IMG/VR virus record: IMGVR_UViG_3300050004_000004
Coordinates: 1 to 28,076 of that record
DNA: 28,076 nucleotides
Direction: 5' to 3' (one strand)
Origin: a virus
Taxonomy: Duplodnaviria > Caudoviricetes
Made by a program: the position numbers and the translations under genes. The notes under the pieces are model-generated. The model saw nothing but the letters and a program-made list of their open reading frames with translations. It did not search any database and was not told the DNA's origin. Position 1 is the stretch's first letter. Each line of letters begins with the position of its first letter. Below, piece by piece: positions 9,596 through 17,956 of the stretch.

Positions 9596-10468
9596 TTACG
9601 CGGTTGTGGTTGCCTGGACCGGTCCGGCCCAGTTGGATGCGCCGTTGACGGCCGTGACTGCCCGCACCCGGAACTCGTAGTTGGTGGTGGCCGTGAGACC
9701 TGTCACCGTTGCGCCGGTTGTCGATTCGCCCGTCTGGTTGGCCTCGTCCACGTCGATCCACTCGCCGAAGGCGGTACGCATCTGGATCCAGTAGTCCTCG
9801 GCCCCCGGCGAACCGTTGGCTGCGGCGACCCACGTGAGGGGAGCGGTGGTTGCCGTCTCGGTCCCGACTGCCAGGCTGGTCGGCGGGGCTTGCAGCGTCG
9901 GCAGTGTGCGCGCGGTGCCGCTGATGGCGGTCGCTGTCTCGTTGACCTCGATGCTGTACAGCAGGTCGTTGACATCGTCCAGAATCGGCAGACCCTGGCC
10001 GGACGCGTTCGTTATGAAGAACTCGCCGTCCGCGAACTCACCTTCGATGGACTCGTTGCAACGGCACCGATACACGACCGCGTGCACGTCGCCACCGCTG
10101 TCCGAGATGATCTGCCCCTCGATGAGGAAGTAGCCCCGGGAGTCGCTGGAACGCTTGTCCAGACGCCACTTCCGGTTCGGAGCGACACCGGTCTGTGTGA
10201 CTGTGCCGCCGGTCATCACCTCCCAGATCCTCAGCTTGTAGCCACCAGCCTCGAGCTCCCACTCGATGGTCGCACCGGAACCGCGAATCGCAACCACGCG
10301 GTCATCGCCGCGCAGCTCCTGGAATTCCTCGGTCTCGGAGAAGCTGAAGGTCTGCATGTTCGGCAGGTCAATGACCTCCGAGCTGAGAACGCTGCCAGCC
10401 GCATCCGCGTACGGTGTGATCTTGAGGTCACGCATACCGTACGGGAGTGCCGTTGGTGCCGTCATCAT
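9596..10468 (-). CDS. Major tail tube protein with C-terminal FN3 domain
   Basis: Synteny; LPYGMRDLKITPY and EFQELRGDD tube-like motifs; high GC3; C-terminal LTWVAA..YWIQMR..VTGLTATTNYEFRVRAV FN3 pattern. Confidence 0.9.
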   Translation of the reverse strand: MMTAPTALPYGMRDLKITPYADAAGSVLSSEVIDLPNMQTFSFSETEEFQELRGDDRVVAIRGSGATIEWELEAGGYKLRIWEVMTGGTVTQTGVAPNRKWRLDKRSSDSRGYFLIEGQIISDSGGDVHAVVYRCRCNESIEGEFADGEFFITNASGQGLPILDDVNDLLYSIEVNETATAISGTARTLPTLQAPPTSLAVGTETATTAPLTWVAAANGSPGAEDYWIQMRTAFGEWIDVDEANQTGESTTGATVTGLTATTNYEFRVRAVTAVNGASNWAGPVQATTTA

Positions 10469-10671
10469 GCCTCCCTAACTTGCATATCGATTGTTTTGTA
10501 TTCTCTTGTGCCGAGCAGTTTTCCCGTTTCCACTTCGAATCTGTGGAGAACGACTTTGCCGGGCCTCCATCCGCACCTGTCCGAACGGCACGCGATCTCC
10601 AGCACGCCTGGAGACACCACGATGCCGTGGAGCTTGGCGTGGCAACGGAGCTCGTACGTGTCCTCGGTCAT
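10465..10671 (-). CDS. 68-aa Cys/His zinc-ribbon-like protein (Com-like)
   Basis: C-terminal part of track ORF 10465..11169; ATG 10671 in ATGA overlap with the upstream stop; ELRCHAKLHG...EIACRSDRC. Confidence 0.7.
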   Translation of the reverse strand: MTEDTYELRCHAKLHGIVVSPGVLEIACRSDRCGWRPGKVVLHRFEVETGKLLGTREYKTIDMQVREA

Positions 10672-11036
10672 GGCACCCGGAAGCCCCCGTCTTGGCGCAG
10701 CACCTGGAGTGCCTGTTCCGTGAAGACGCTCTTGGGGACCTTGTGGCCGGTGCGGCGATCCCATGCCACGAGCGGCATGCCGGTGACGCCTGCCTTTTCC
10801 CAGTCCGCGACGCTGATTTCGCGCTTGCCGAATTCCCCGAGGTATTCGACCATGGGCTCTTCGTCCCTGTCCGAGAACTCCACCGGCTTGCCTGCCATCT
10901 CGGCCTTCATGGTCTCGCCGAAGGTAGCCTCGGGTGCTCCGGTACCGGGCGACGCCCCGGACCCCGCTGGCTGCGGGTCGGAAGGGAGGGAGGGCGCGTC
11001 CCTCTGTGGCGTCGGCTGGTTCCTCTTGCCTACCAT
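10668..11036 (-). CDS. Hypothetical virion-module protein, 122 aa
   Basis: AAGGAG SD; disordered N-terminal half and globular C-terminal half; coupled to the next gene. Confidence 0.75.
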   Translation of the reverse strand: MVGKRNQPTPQRDAPSLPSDPQPAGSGASPGTGAPEATFGETMKAEMAGKPVEFSDRDEEPMVEYLGEFGKREISVADWEKAGVTGMPLVAWDRRTGHKVPKSVFTEQALQVLRQDGGFRVP

Positions 11037-11044
11037 GATTCTCC

Positions 11045-11467
11045 TTACGGGGTAACGATGCTGCGGGTTGCGGTACGGAACGTGACGTACTTGACGATGG
11101 TGCTGAACCCGTCGTCAACCAGGTCGCGACTGGTGTCCACCCACGTACCTGACGTGAGTGACCAGCCATCGGAGCCAGCCAAGTGCACCACGTTTTCCAT
11201 CAATGCCTTGATCTGTTCAATGGCTAGGTCAATGAGGCTATAGTCGCGACCCCTCTCTTTCGGAATGTGAACCCAGTAGCTCACTGTCTCAACACCGGTT
11301 ACGCCGAACACCTTCTCGGTCAGGTCTACGTTGATGACGATGAACGGATTGTCACGCGGTGGCGTGTCCAGTGCATTGCTGGCCCAGACGCGGTCCTGAA
11401 TGAATCCGAGCCCCTGCATTTCCGCGTCGTCGTAAACGAGACGTGCGTAGGATTCCCGAGCGGTCAT
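11045..11467 (-). CDS. Tail terminator / tail completion protein, 140 aa
   Basis: Size and position; P..PFIVI and WVH..R.Y..ID pattern typical of tail terminators. Confidence 0.75.
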   Translation of the reverse strand: MTARESYARLVYDDAEMQGLGFIQDRVWASNALDTPPRDNPFIVINVDLTEKVFGVTGVETVSYWVHIPKERGRDYSLIDLAIEQIKALMENVVHLAGSDGWSLTSGTWVDTSRDLVDDGFSTIVKYVTFRTATRSIVTP

Positions 11468-11832
11468 GACGCCTTCTCCATTCGCTCGAAAAGCCTGCTG
11501 AGCAATCGCATGAGCTCACGGTTGGCGCGCAGCAGCCCGGGGCGCACGATGGCGTATTGACCGCTGTTGGCCACTTCCAGCCAGATGCCGTACGACACCG
11601 AGTGGCTAAGTATCATCATCCAGGAATTGCGGTCCAGCTCGTCAACGGTGGCGAACAAGCCGTTGCGTGCATTCGTGGTGCGGTCCGTCCAGCGCGCGTT
11701 GGTGCGCATCCACGTTTCGCTCCTAGCCGCCTGGTAGTCCATGGTGGCCTTGATGCCTCGTCGGGCACGGGAGTCAAATTTCTTCAGGTTGTGATCAAGC
11801 TTGTCCAGATTGATCACGAATGAATTAGACAA
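11464..11832 (-). CDS. Neck / tail-completion protein (HK97 gp10-like), 122 aa
   Basis: TTG start with GGAGG SD; ARWTDRTTNARNGL, HSVSYGIWLE and YAIVRP motifs. Confidence 0.8.
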   Translation of the reverse strand: MSNSFVINLDKLDHNLKKFDSRARRGIKATMDYQAARSETWMRTNARWTDRTTNARNGLFATVDELDRNSWMMILSHSVSYGIWLEVANSGQYAIVRPGLLRANRELMRLLSRLFERMEKAS

Positions 11833-13108
11833 TGGAACCCCTCCGCCCGTAGCTCATGACGAGGCCCTTGCGCTCGTACCCGTTGTACGGGATCACTGCG
11901 TCCACGACGTACTTCTGGCCGTTGACGTCGTACCAGTAGTCGTTTTCCTGGATGACCGAGTCCCAGTTGCCGAGCAACGTCAGGTCATACTTGCGTTGTA
12001 CGCCACCACTTCCGAAGCCTGCGCCCGACGTGGATTGCACGGGGCGTTCCGTGTGCGCCATCGGGATCAACCGGAAGCGCTGCACCGTGCGGGCAGCGCC
12101 ATCTACGAGCGTTACCGCACCCGATGGTGTTCTAGCCTCTGTCTGCGGAATGAGAGCCAGGTCAACAGGGCTGGCCTCGATGAAGGCCATGGTGTTGAGC
12201 CGCTGCATGCGCAGTTCCATGCTGGCAGTGATGCCCGTTCCCCCAACGGCTTTCGGTAGCGTCCCGGCCAACGTGGCCGTGACCGTGGTTTGTTCGCCAG
12301 CGGTGAAGCTGGCCGTAGCGCGCGGCAAAGTACCCTCGAGGGACGCTGTGCCCGCAGGGTCGGCCTGAGCGGCCAGCACGGCCCGAGGCAGCGTGCCCGC
12401 TAGGTCGGCTACGGCCAAGACCCCCGCAGTAGCCGCCACGGTGGCTTTCGGTAGGGTCCCGGCCAGCGTGGCGGTTTCTGGGCCACCCGGCAGGTCGGGA
12501 CCAGCAACCCAGTCAACCGCCGTGCTGCCCGCGCTCAGGTGGCGTGCGTTGCCGCTGATGTCGTTCAGGTTATCGATGAGCGGCCAGTCTGCCCACGCTG
12601 CGAGTACCCCAGTGGGGGAAGCCCATTCCGCTTCGATTTCAGCCTGCGTCAGCTCACCGCTCAGTACGCGCCAGTACGCCAGGGACCCCAACAGGTTCTC
12701 GCTAGAATCCCCGGTATCCCGCCCACCCAACGTGATGCCGCCCGGGGTGTTCGTGCTCACCGTCCCCGAATCAACTTCCACCGAACCGAGGGGCGTTGCC
12801 GCGTACACCTTGCCCGTCGTGCCGAGGCATGTGATGGCCACTCGACGCCATTCCCCAACAACGAAGTTGGTGGAGCTGGACACCGAGCCGCCCCCGGTGA
12901 AGTAGTTCGGCCCGCTGGTGCCGTCGCTACCCGTGCCGAAGGTGACCACGGTTCCGAAAACCGCTGTCCAGACGCGAGCCAACACCGAGAACGTATTCGT
13001 ATCCGTGTCAACACGAGCCCAGCCCAGAACCGTGAGACCACTGGCAGGGTCGGGCAAAGCTCCGGATCGGCTGACCCGGTCTGTTGCTTGTCCGAACTGC
13101 GCTGCCAC
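11825..13108 (-). CDS. LamG/concanavalin-like domain + 4 repeats + head-tail stopper-like domain fusion, 427 aa
   Basis: Likely start GTG 13108 after AGGAGG. LamG pattern (LTVLGWARV, GEWRRVAIT, ITLGG, GSLAYWRV..LTQAEI); the C-terminal ~130 aa (QRFRLIP, YDLTLLG.WD..I..NDYW, YVVDAV) occupies the stopper slot. Confidence 0.75.
   Translation of the reverse strand: MAAQFGQATDRVSRSGALPDPASGLTVLGWARVDTDTNTFSVLARVWTAVFGTVVTFGTGSDGTSGPNYFTGGGSVSSSTNFVVGEWRRVAITCLGTTGKVYAATPLGSVEVDSGTVSTNTPGGITLGGRDTGDSSENLLGSLAYWRVLSGELTQAEIEAEWASPTGVLAAWADWPLIDNLNDISGNARHLSAGSTAVDWVAGPDLPGGPETATLAGTLPKATVAATAGVLAVADLAGTLPRAVLAAQADPAGTASLEGTLPRATASFTAGEQTTVTATLAGTLPKAVGGTGITASMELRMQRLNTMAFIEASPVDLALIPQTEARTPSGAVTLVDGAARTVQRFRLIPMAHTERPVQSTSGAGFGSGGVQRKYDLTLLGNWDSVIQENDYWYDVNGQKYVVDAVIPYNGYERKGLVMSYGRRGSIV
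12239..12478 (-). repeat. Four in-frame 21-23 aa repeats A-x-L-(A/E)-G-T-L-P-(K/R)-A
   Basis: ATLAGTLPKAT, ADLAGTLPRAV, ASLEGTLPRAT and ATLAGTLPKAV seen in the translation. Confidence 0.9.
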
Positions 13109-13116
13109 TGTTCCTC

Positions 13117-13533
13117 CTAGGCGGGCTGCGTGAAGGTGCCAGCGGTCAGGTTGACGTCGAGGCCCACGCTGACCGTGGTGGTGCTCATCTCGATGTCCTC
13201 GCCACTTCCGTCCGCACCAACCGATCCGTCGATGACCGTGTTGCCGTCGGAGTCCGCGCCACGCCACCAGGTAGCCGTTCCGGCGGCCACGCCCTCGGCG
13301 GCCAGCGGTAGACCCGCGACCGCCATGCTGCCCGCGCTCGGCGCACCGAAGCCGGTTGTGGCCAATGTGAACGTGAGAAGCAACGTGTTGCCCCCGCCCA
13401 CTGCGGTGTTCGCGTTGACTGGCCGCGTGCCGCTGTACACCTTGATGGTCCCGCCAGCCGCGCCTAGGTCGAAACGCGCGGCGAGCGAGCTCAGCTGCGC
13501 GTTCTGTGTGGCCGTTGCGTACCCGAGCGTCAT
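13117..13533 (-). CDS. 138-aa Gly/Ala/Thr-rich virion structural protein (fibre/appendage subunit-like)
   Basis: AAGGA SD; IKVYSGTRP, GTATWWR, IDGSVG and C-terminal TFTQPA motifs of a widespread phage all-beta family (recognised from memory). Confidence 0.7.
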   Translation of the reverse strand: MTLGYATATQNAQLSSLAARFDLGAAGGTIKVYSGTRPVNANTAVGGGNTLLLTFTLATTGFGAPSAGSMAVAGLPLAAEGVAAGTATWWRGADSDGNTVIDGSVGADGSGEDIEMSTTTVSVGLDVNLTAGTFTQPA

Positions 13534-13534
13534 G

Positions 13535-13876
13535 TCATCCTTCTCTCACTGGCCGCACGATGCGGGTGCTGCGCGGGTAGACGGTGGTAGCGTCGCCCCC
13601 GGTGGAACTGCCGTACCGGGCGGCAAGCGCCATGTAGTGATCGAACACTTGCTGCATGTCCCGGCTCGACCCGGACTCGCTGGTACGCACCAGGTTCGCC
13701 GCCGTGGTGGCCTTCTCTTCCCAGAGGCTGGCCGCGTATGCGCGCAGGTTGTAGACGTTGTTCACAAAGTACGCTTCCGCGCCAGCCGTCAGGAGCACGT
13801 CCGTATACCCGTTGGTGTCGTTGGGTTCCGCGATCATGCGCCGCAACTGCGCGAGTTGCTCCGCCGAGAGCGCCAC
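13535..13876 (-). CDS. Head-to-tail adaptor, 113 aa
   Basis: AAGGAG SD; LRRMIAE...YTD..L, AASLWEEKA and SESGSSR motifs; position after the capsid genes. Confidence 0.85.
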   Translation of the reverse strand: MALSAEQLAQLRRMIAEPNDTNGYTDVLLTAGAEAYFVNNVYNLRAYAASLWEEKATTAANLVRTSESGSSRDMQQVFDHYMALAARYGSSTGGDATTVYPRSTRIVRPVREG

Positions 13877-13895
13877 GTGAATCTCCTTGGGTAGA

Positions 13896-13936
13896 CCGAA
13901 AGGGGCTGGCCCCGCACGCCAAGCCAGCCCCCTCCG
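13896..13936 (-). terminator. Intrinsic terminator-like hairpin after the capsid genes
   Basis: Perfect 10-bp inverted repeat AGGGGCTGGC (13901-13910) / GCCAGCCCCT (13923-13932), with only a short TTT on the minus strand, just after the stop at 13945. Confidence 0.75.
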
Positions 13937-13944
13937 GAGCTTTC

Positions 13945-14415
13945 CTAGTCCTCGCCGATGGTGTCGTCGTCGAGCTGGAGCTTGGCGACCAGGTCGTCCT
14001 TGCGGGCGTCGCCCGCGTAGCTGACCAGTTCGACGCCCTCCGCGTCACCGTCGTCTTCGTACTCCTTGCGCCGCTTGTCGAGCTCCTCCTTGAGCTGCGG
14101 CACCGTCAGCTTGCTGTAGTCCGTGGGCTGCGGACCGGACGGTGGGGGAGGGGCCACCGGACTGGACGGAGGCGACTCCGCGTCGTCCTTGTTGACCTGG
14201 ACGCCCATCTGCTGCGCGATCTTGTCGAACGCGTCCGTGTTGCGCATCTGCCTGCGCGGCACCTGTGCCCGGATGCCACGAGCCGACGGCAGGTTGGGAA
14301 CCGGCATGCCGAGGTTCTCCGCGTTGGTACGCAGGTCATCCCAGCGATCCCGGTCGACCAGGTAACGCAGTTCGTCTTCGTCGAGCCGCTTGGTGAGATC
14401 AATGTCCCGACTCAT
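13945..14415 (-). CDS. 156-aa protein with Pro-rich linker and C-terminal SAP/HeH-like motif
   Basis: ATG 14415 after GAGGAG, 1 nt past the capsid stop; DYSKLTVPQLKEEL..R...KDDLVAKL. Confidence 0.75.
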   Translation of the reverse strand: MSRDIDLTKRLDEDELRYLVDRDRWDDLRTNAENLGMPVPNLPSARGIRAQVPRRQMRNTDAFDKIAQQMGVQVNKDDAESPPSSPVAPPPPSGPQPTDYSKLTVPQLKEELDKRRKEYEDDGDAEGVELVSYAGDARKDDLVAKLQLDDDTIGED

Positions 14416-14416
14416 C

Positions 14417-15706
14417 TCACGGCTCCTCGTCGTACTCGGTGGGCTGCGTGTAGGTGCCCGATGCCGTGAGCTGGAGCACCGCACCCGCGCCACGCTTACG
14501 GATGCCGCTGCCGATGCCGCGACCGTAGTAGGCCTCGGTGAGCGGGTAGTCCGGCCGACGACCCTGGATCAGCCGCAGCCCCCGCAGTGCGGGGTTCGCG
14601 TGCTGCCGCAGCCCGACAGGGTTGTTGACGGACTCCTGGCCGCCCGTAGCGAAGGCCACGAGGTACTTCGGTGGGATGTAGTCCTCCTGAATGATCGTGA
14701 ACTCGCCGTACCGGCCGATGACCTCCATGCCAGCGATGTTCGCCGGGGGAGCCTGCTGTCCGGCGGGCAGCACGTAGTCACGCGGGACCAGGAAGGCCGG
14801 AGTGCCTTGCGCGGGAATGAAGTCCCACTTGGCCGTTCCGCCGTTCTGCACGGACTTGAACGTGCGGATGATGTCGCCCTGTTCCTTGTTGACCATCAGG
14901 ATCAGGTTGTACCCGTTGGAGCCCTTGTACCCGTGCTCGGTGAGCTTGAGCTCGAGGCCGTCGAGGTCGCCGCTGTCCACGGTGGTCGAACCGGACGTGT
15001 AGTAGTGCGTGTGCGTACCGGCGAAGGTGTTCGTGCGGTACGTCGGCGGGACCTGCCCGTCGTTGTTCCAGAACGCGTAGACGTTGTACGGCTTCTTGCG
15101 GATGACCGCCTCGCGGTTCGCCGGGTTGAACAGCGTCCACATGACCAGCTGGAACATCAGGATGCTGTCGGCCTCGAGCGCCTGCGTGTTGATGGCGTCG
15201 ACCTGTGCGGCTGGCGCGTCCGCGAGGAATTCCCACGTGAAGCGCGCACCGAGGTCGTACCAGTTGAAGTCGTATCCGAAGAACTCGATTTCACCGGCGG
15301 GGCGGTACGAGCGCGGCTTGCCGTACTCGGACGCACGCTCGAAACGCGCGTCGCTGTCGGCAGTGGCGATGCCCTCGACCGCGTCCGTGACGAACCAGCT
15401 GAGGAAGTTGATGAGCGGCTCCCGCTCACGGTTCCGCAGCGCGACCGCCTGCTGATAGGCGGACCACAGTTCGTTGGTGTCGACACCGTCGATGGTCTGC
15501 TCGATGACGTCGGCGGCTTCGTTGAAGCCCTGGTCGCCACCACCGAGAGCCAGTGCCAGCCCCAGCTTCTTGTAGAAGCTGCGCGCCAACACGTTCCGAG
15601 TGATGGTGCCGTCCGGCGACACGGTCGGCGCAGTGGACCAGGTGCCCCACGGAAGGATGATCCGCTGGTCGCGAACCAGGATCGATGACTTCTTCACGTT
15701 GATCAC
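14417..15706 (-). CDS. Major capsid protein, 429 aa, with a ~56-aa N-terminal leader
   Basis: Position, size, very high GC3; FERASEYGKP, YDLGARFTWEF and C-terminal RGIGSGIRKRGAGAVLQ; GTGA overlap with the upstream gene. Confidence 0.9.
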   Translation of the reverse strand: MINVKKSSILVRDQRIILPWGTWSTAPTVSPDGTITRNVLARSFYKKLGLALALGGGDQGFNEAADVIEQTIDGVDTNELWSAYQQAVALRNREREPLINFLSWFVTDAVEGIATADSDARFERASEYGKPRSYRPAGEIEFFGYDFNWYDLGARFTWEFLADAPAAQVDAINTQALEADSILMFQLVMWTLFNPANREAVIRKKPYNVYAFWNNDGQVPPTYRTNTFAGTHTHYYTSGSTTVDSGDLDGLELKLTEHGYKGSNGYNLILMVNKEQGDIIRTFKSVQNGGTAKWDFIPAQGTPAFLVPRDYVLPAGQQAPPANIAGMEVIGRYGEFTIIQEDYIPPKYLVAFATGGQESVNNPVGLRQHANPALRGLRLIQGRRPDYPLTEAYYGRGIGSGIRKRGAGAVLQLTASGTYTQPTEYDEEP

Positions 15707-16104
15707 GCCCCTGCCGTAGTGGACTGGGCGAAGCGCACGACCAGGCGGTCGATCTCGACCATGTGCCCGACGTACACGTTGTTCGTTGCGGTCAGGGTCA
15801 TGGTGCCTGCCGCCGTTGTGCCCAGCGCGTACACGTTGAGCCCCGCCCCGAGAGTACCCGCCACGTCGTCGTCCACGACGTCCAGGATCTCGCCTGCCGT
15901 CATGACGTCGATGGGGTGGCCTGCCTTGCGCGCGATACCGAGAGCAACGACGCCCTTCAGGCCGGACGATCCGGCCGGGTTGCCCTTGATGATCCGCCCG
16001 TTGGCGTTGAGGCTGACCGCGATGATCTTCCCGACGTCAGCGTCGAGCCAATCCGCGTTCAGCTTGGCCCGAAAGCCAATGTGAACCTGATCGAACCTTG
16101 CCAC
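15703..16104 (-). CDS. Capsid decoration/cement protein, 133 aa
   Basis: Between scaffold and capsid; GAAAGGA SD; small Gly-rich beta protein (AVSLNANGRIIKG, IDVMTAGEI). Confidence 0.7.
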   Translation of the reverse strand: MARFDQVHIGFRAKLNADWLDADVGKIIAVSLNANGRIIKGNPAGSSGLKGVVALGIARKAGHPIDVMTAGEILDVVDDDVAGTLGAGLNVYALGTTAAGTMTLTATNNVYVGHMVEIDRLVVRFAQSTTAGA

Positions 16105-16118
16105 GGTGGCAGTCCTTT

Positions 16119-16943
16119 CTACCTGTTCTTCCCGAGGGCCGGAAACCGCTTGATGAGCTCTTCATCCGAGAGCTGGCCTTTTGGCTTCGTGCCCTTGCCG
16201 TTGTTCTTGGCACTCCCGACGCCGGAACCGCTGGCACCGCGACGAGGGGGCTTCTTGTCGCCTTCCTCTTCGTCGTCACCGTCCTTTCCGGCATTCACGA
16301 GATACTTGTTGGCCTTCGCCAACGCCTTCACGACGTCGCGGATTCCCTCCACGTTGCCGTCCTCGTCGATCTCCAGGTCCTTGAGGTCGTCAGCCGCTGC
16401 CCGCTGCGCCACCTTGGGATTGTGCCACGCAATCTTCTCCTGCGCACTGGCGGTGAGGAATGCGTTGACCATGGCCACGTTCCTGAACTTTGTCTGGAGC
16501 GTGTCCCTTTCCTTGGTGGCGGTCTCGAGGTCCTTGCGAAGGTTCTCGAGCTCGGGCTTGTCCTTGCGCTCCTTCTCGTCCTTTTCTTTCTGGAGCGCGG
16601 CTGCCGTTTTCTCGGCCTCCGACCGCCGCTTGTCCGCAGCGCTCAGCCTGCGGGTAACAGCGTCGAATTCCTCCCTGGAAACGGGACCGGACTTCTTGCG
16701 CTTGCCATTGTTGCCCGCGTCGTCACCGTCGTTGTCGTCGGTGTCCTGCGCGTCATCATCGGCTTCGCCGTCGTCGTCATCCCCGCCCTCGTCGTCCGCA
16801 CCATCATCTTCCCCGTCGCCCCCGAGGAGCGGCCACACTGGAAGACCGTTGGCACGCAGGCCAACAGCCCGGAGCGGGGTACGCGTACCGGGGTAACAGA
16901 GAAGCGGGTGGAGCGGCATAGGGTCGACGAGATTCACCTTCAC
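16119..16943 (-). CDS. Scaffolding protein, 274 aa, with a 42-aa N-terminal leader
   Basis: GTG 16943 after AGGAGG; Asp-rich tract, coiled coil, KYLV motif, C-terminal ELIKRFPAL helix. Confidence 0.85.
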   Translation of the reverse strand: MKVNLVDPMPLHPLLCYPGTRTPLRAVGLRANGLPVWPLLGGDGEDDGADDEGGDDDDGEADDDAQDTDDNDGDDAGNNGKRKKSGPVSREEFDAVTRRLSAADKRRSEAEKTAAALQKEKDEKERKDKPELENLRKDLETATKERDTLQTKFRNVAMVNAFLTASAQEKIAWHNPKVAQRAAADDLKDLEIDEDGNVEGIRDVVKALAKANKYLVNAGKDGDDEEEGDKKPPRRGASGSGVGSAKNNGKGTKPKGQLSDEELIKRFPALGKNR

Positions 16944-17038
16944 GATTCCTCCTGGTTTTCGGTGTGCACTGTCACCGTGGATACGTGCGCGCAGGCACGT
17001 GGGCCTCACTGTAGCCGCCGAGAGGCATTCGGGGAAAG

Positions 17039-17956
17039 CTAGGCCACTTGGCTGGGCTTGGCCTGTCCGTATTCATCAATCAATCCGTCGAGGTAATCCG
17101 GATTGGAAACCAGGTCTAGGAAATCATCCTCGTCCATCATTTCGTTTGTCGTGAAACACAGACACTGCGGATGGGGCTTCCGGGGGAGGTCACTTGGAAC
17201 GTACAGACCGGGTCCTTTGCCCTCGCTGTGCCCTACCGCGTAGGCATCGCACTTGTCCGGTGTGGTGTGGCTGCGGGACAGGTTCCAGCGCAGTGCGGTC
17301 ACAAACGGGTTGATCTCCGCACTGGCCTTCTGCGTGGTGTGGAAGGCGTTGTTGAGCTCGGTGCGGGCTAGCCGCTTGGCCGCGTAGCTGACACCGCCCT
17401 TTGTGTTCGGATCAATCATGGGCTTCACGTCCTTGGCAATGTCCTGCCAGCTGCCGCCCTGCAGAATGACCCGGTTCACCGCTCGGTCAACAAACCCGTC
17501 CGCGAGCTGCCTAGTTCGGTACACCCGTTGAGAAAGTCCGATGCCATTCTGGCCTCGGGCGAGGTATGTGGCAACAGTTCGTCGAGCGTAGGCTCGCTGG
17601 GCTGAAACAAGCGCTTCACTGTCTCGGGCTCCCGTTGCCCGAAAAAGGATTCGCTGGAGAACAGCTTCGGCCTCGGCGGCTGCATCTGCGACAGCATTTC
17701 CAGCACTTCGAATACGCTTTCCGACATTCCGCCATAGTTCACTTGACACACCGCGCAGTTCCCTTCTGATAATGGCCAGCTGAGCACGGCGTACCACGGC
17801 TCCGATGCCGTGCCGAGACTCCAGTTTGTTGATGCGCCGTTGTGCGTCCGCCATGGCGTCCCGCAGGTCGTCAACGATGGCCACCTCGGCTACGCGCTCC
17901 CCGCGCAGGTACAGCGTCAGCGGATTGGCCCCGGGGCCAGTAAACGGGTTCGTCAC
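17039..17956 (-). CDS. MuF/SPP1-gp7-like minor head protein, 305 aa
   Basis: Directly after the portal; RLARTELNNA, SHxxxDKCD and PHPQCLC motifs; basic composition. Confidence 0.85.
   Translation of the reverse strand: MTNPFTGPGANPLTLYLRGERVAEVAIVDDLRDAMADAQRRINKLESRHGIGAVVRRAQLAIIRRELRGVSSELWRNVGKRIRSAGNAVADAAAEAEAVLQRILFRATGARDSEALVSAQRAYARRTVATYLARGQNGIGLSQRVYRTRQLADGFVDRAVNRVILQGGSWQDIAKDVKPMIDPNTKGGVSYAAKRLARTELNNAFHTTQKASAEINPFVTALRWNLSRSHTTPDKCDAYAVGHSEGKGPGLYVPSDLPRKPHPQCLCFTTNEMMDEDDFLDLVSNPDYLDGLIDEYGQAKPSQVA
17476..17751 (-). CDS. Candidate overprinted +1-frame gene inside MuF (91 aa from GTG 17751, or 83 aa from ATG 17727)
   Basis: Open +1 frame coinciding with a sharp GC3 drop in the MuF frame; SD-like AGAAGGGA 8 nt before the GTG. 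Confidence 0.45.
   Translation of the reverse strand: MCQVNYGGMSESVFEVLEMLSQMQPPRPKLFSSESFFGQREPETVKRLFQPSEPTLDELLPHTSPEARMASDFLNGCTELGSSRTGLLTER

Noticed and set aside
9596-9880. Frameshift-dependent addition of the FN3 domain to the major tail protein
   Set aside because: The FN3 domain is in frame with no intervening stop; Ig/FN3 tail decorations are common.
12239-12478. Repeats as a CRISPR array or DGR template/variable repeat
   Set aside because: They are in-frame protein repeats with synonymous divergence; no cas or reverse transcriptase gene is visible.
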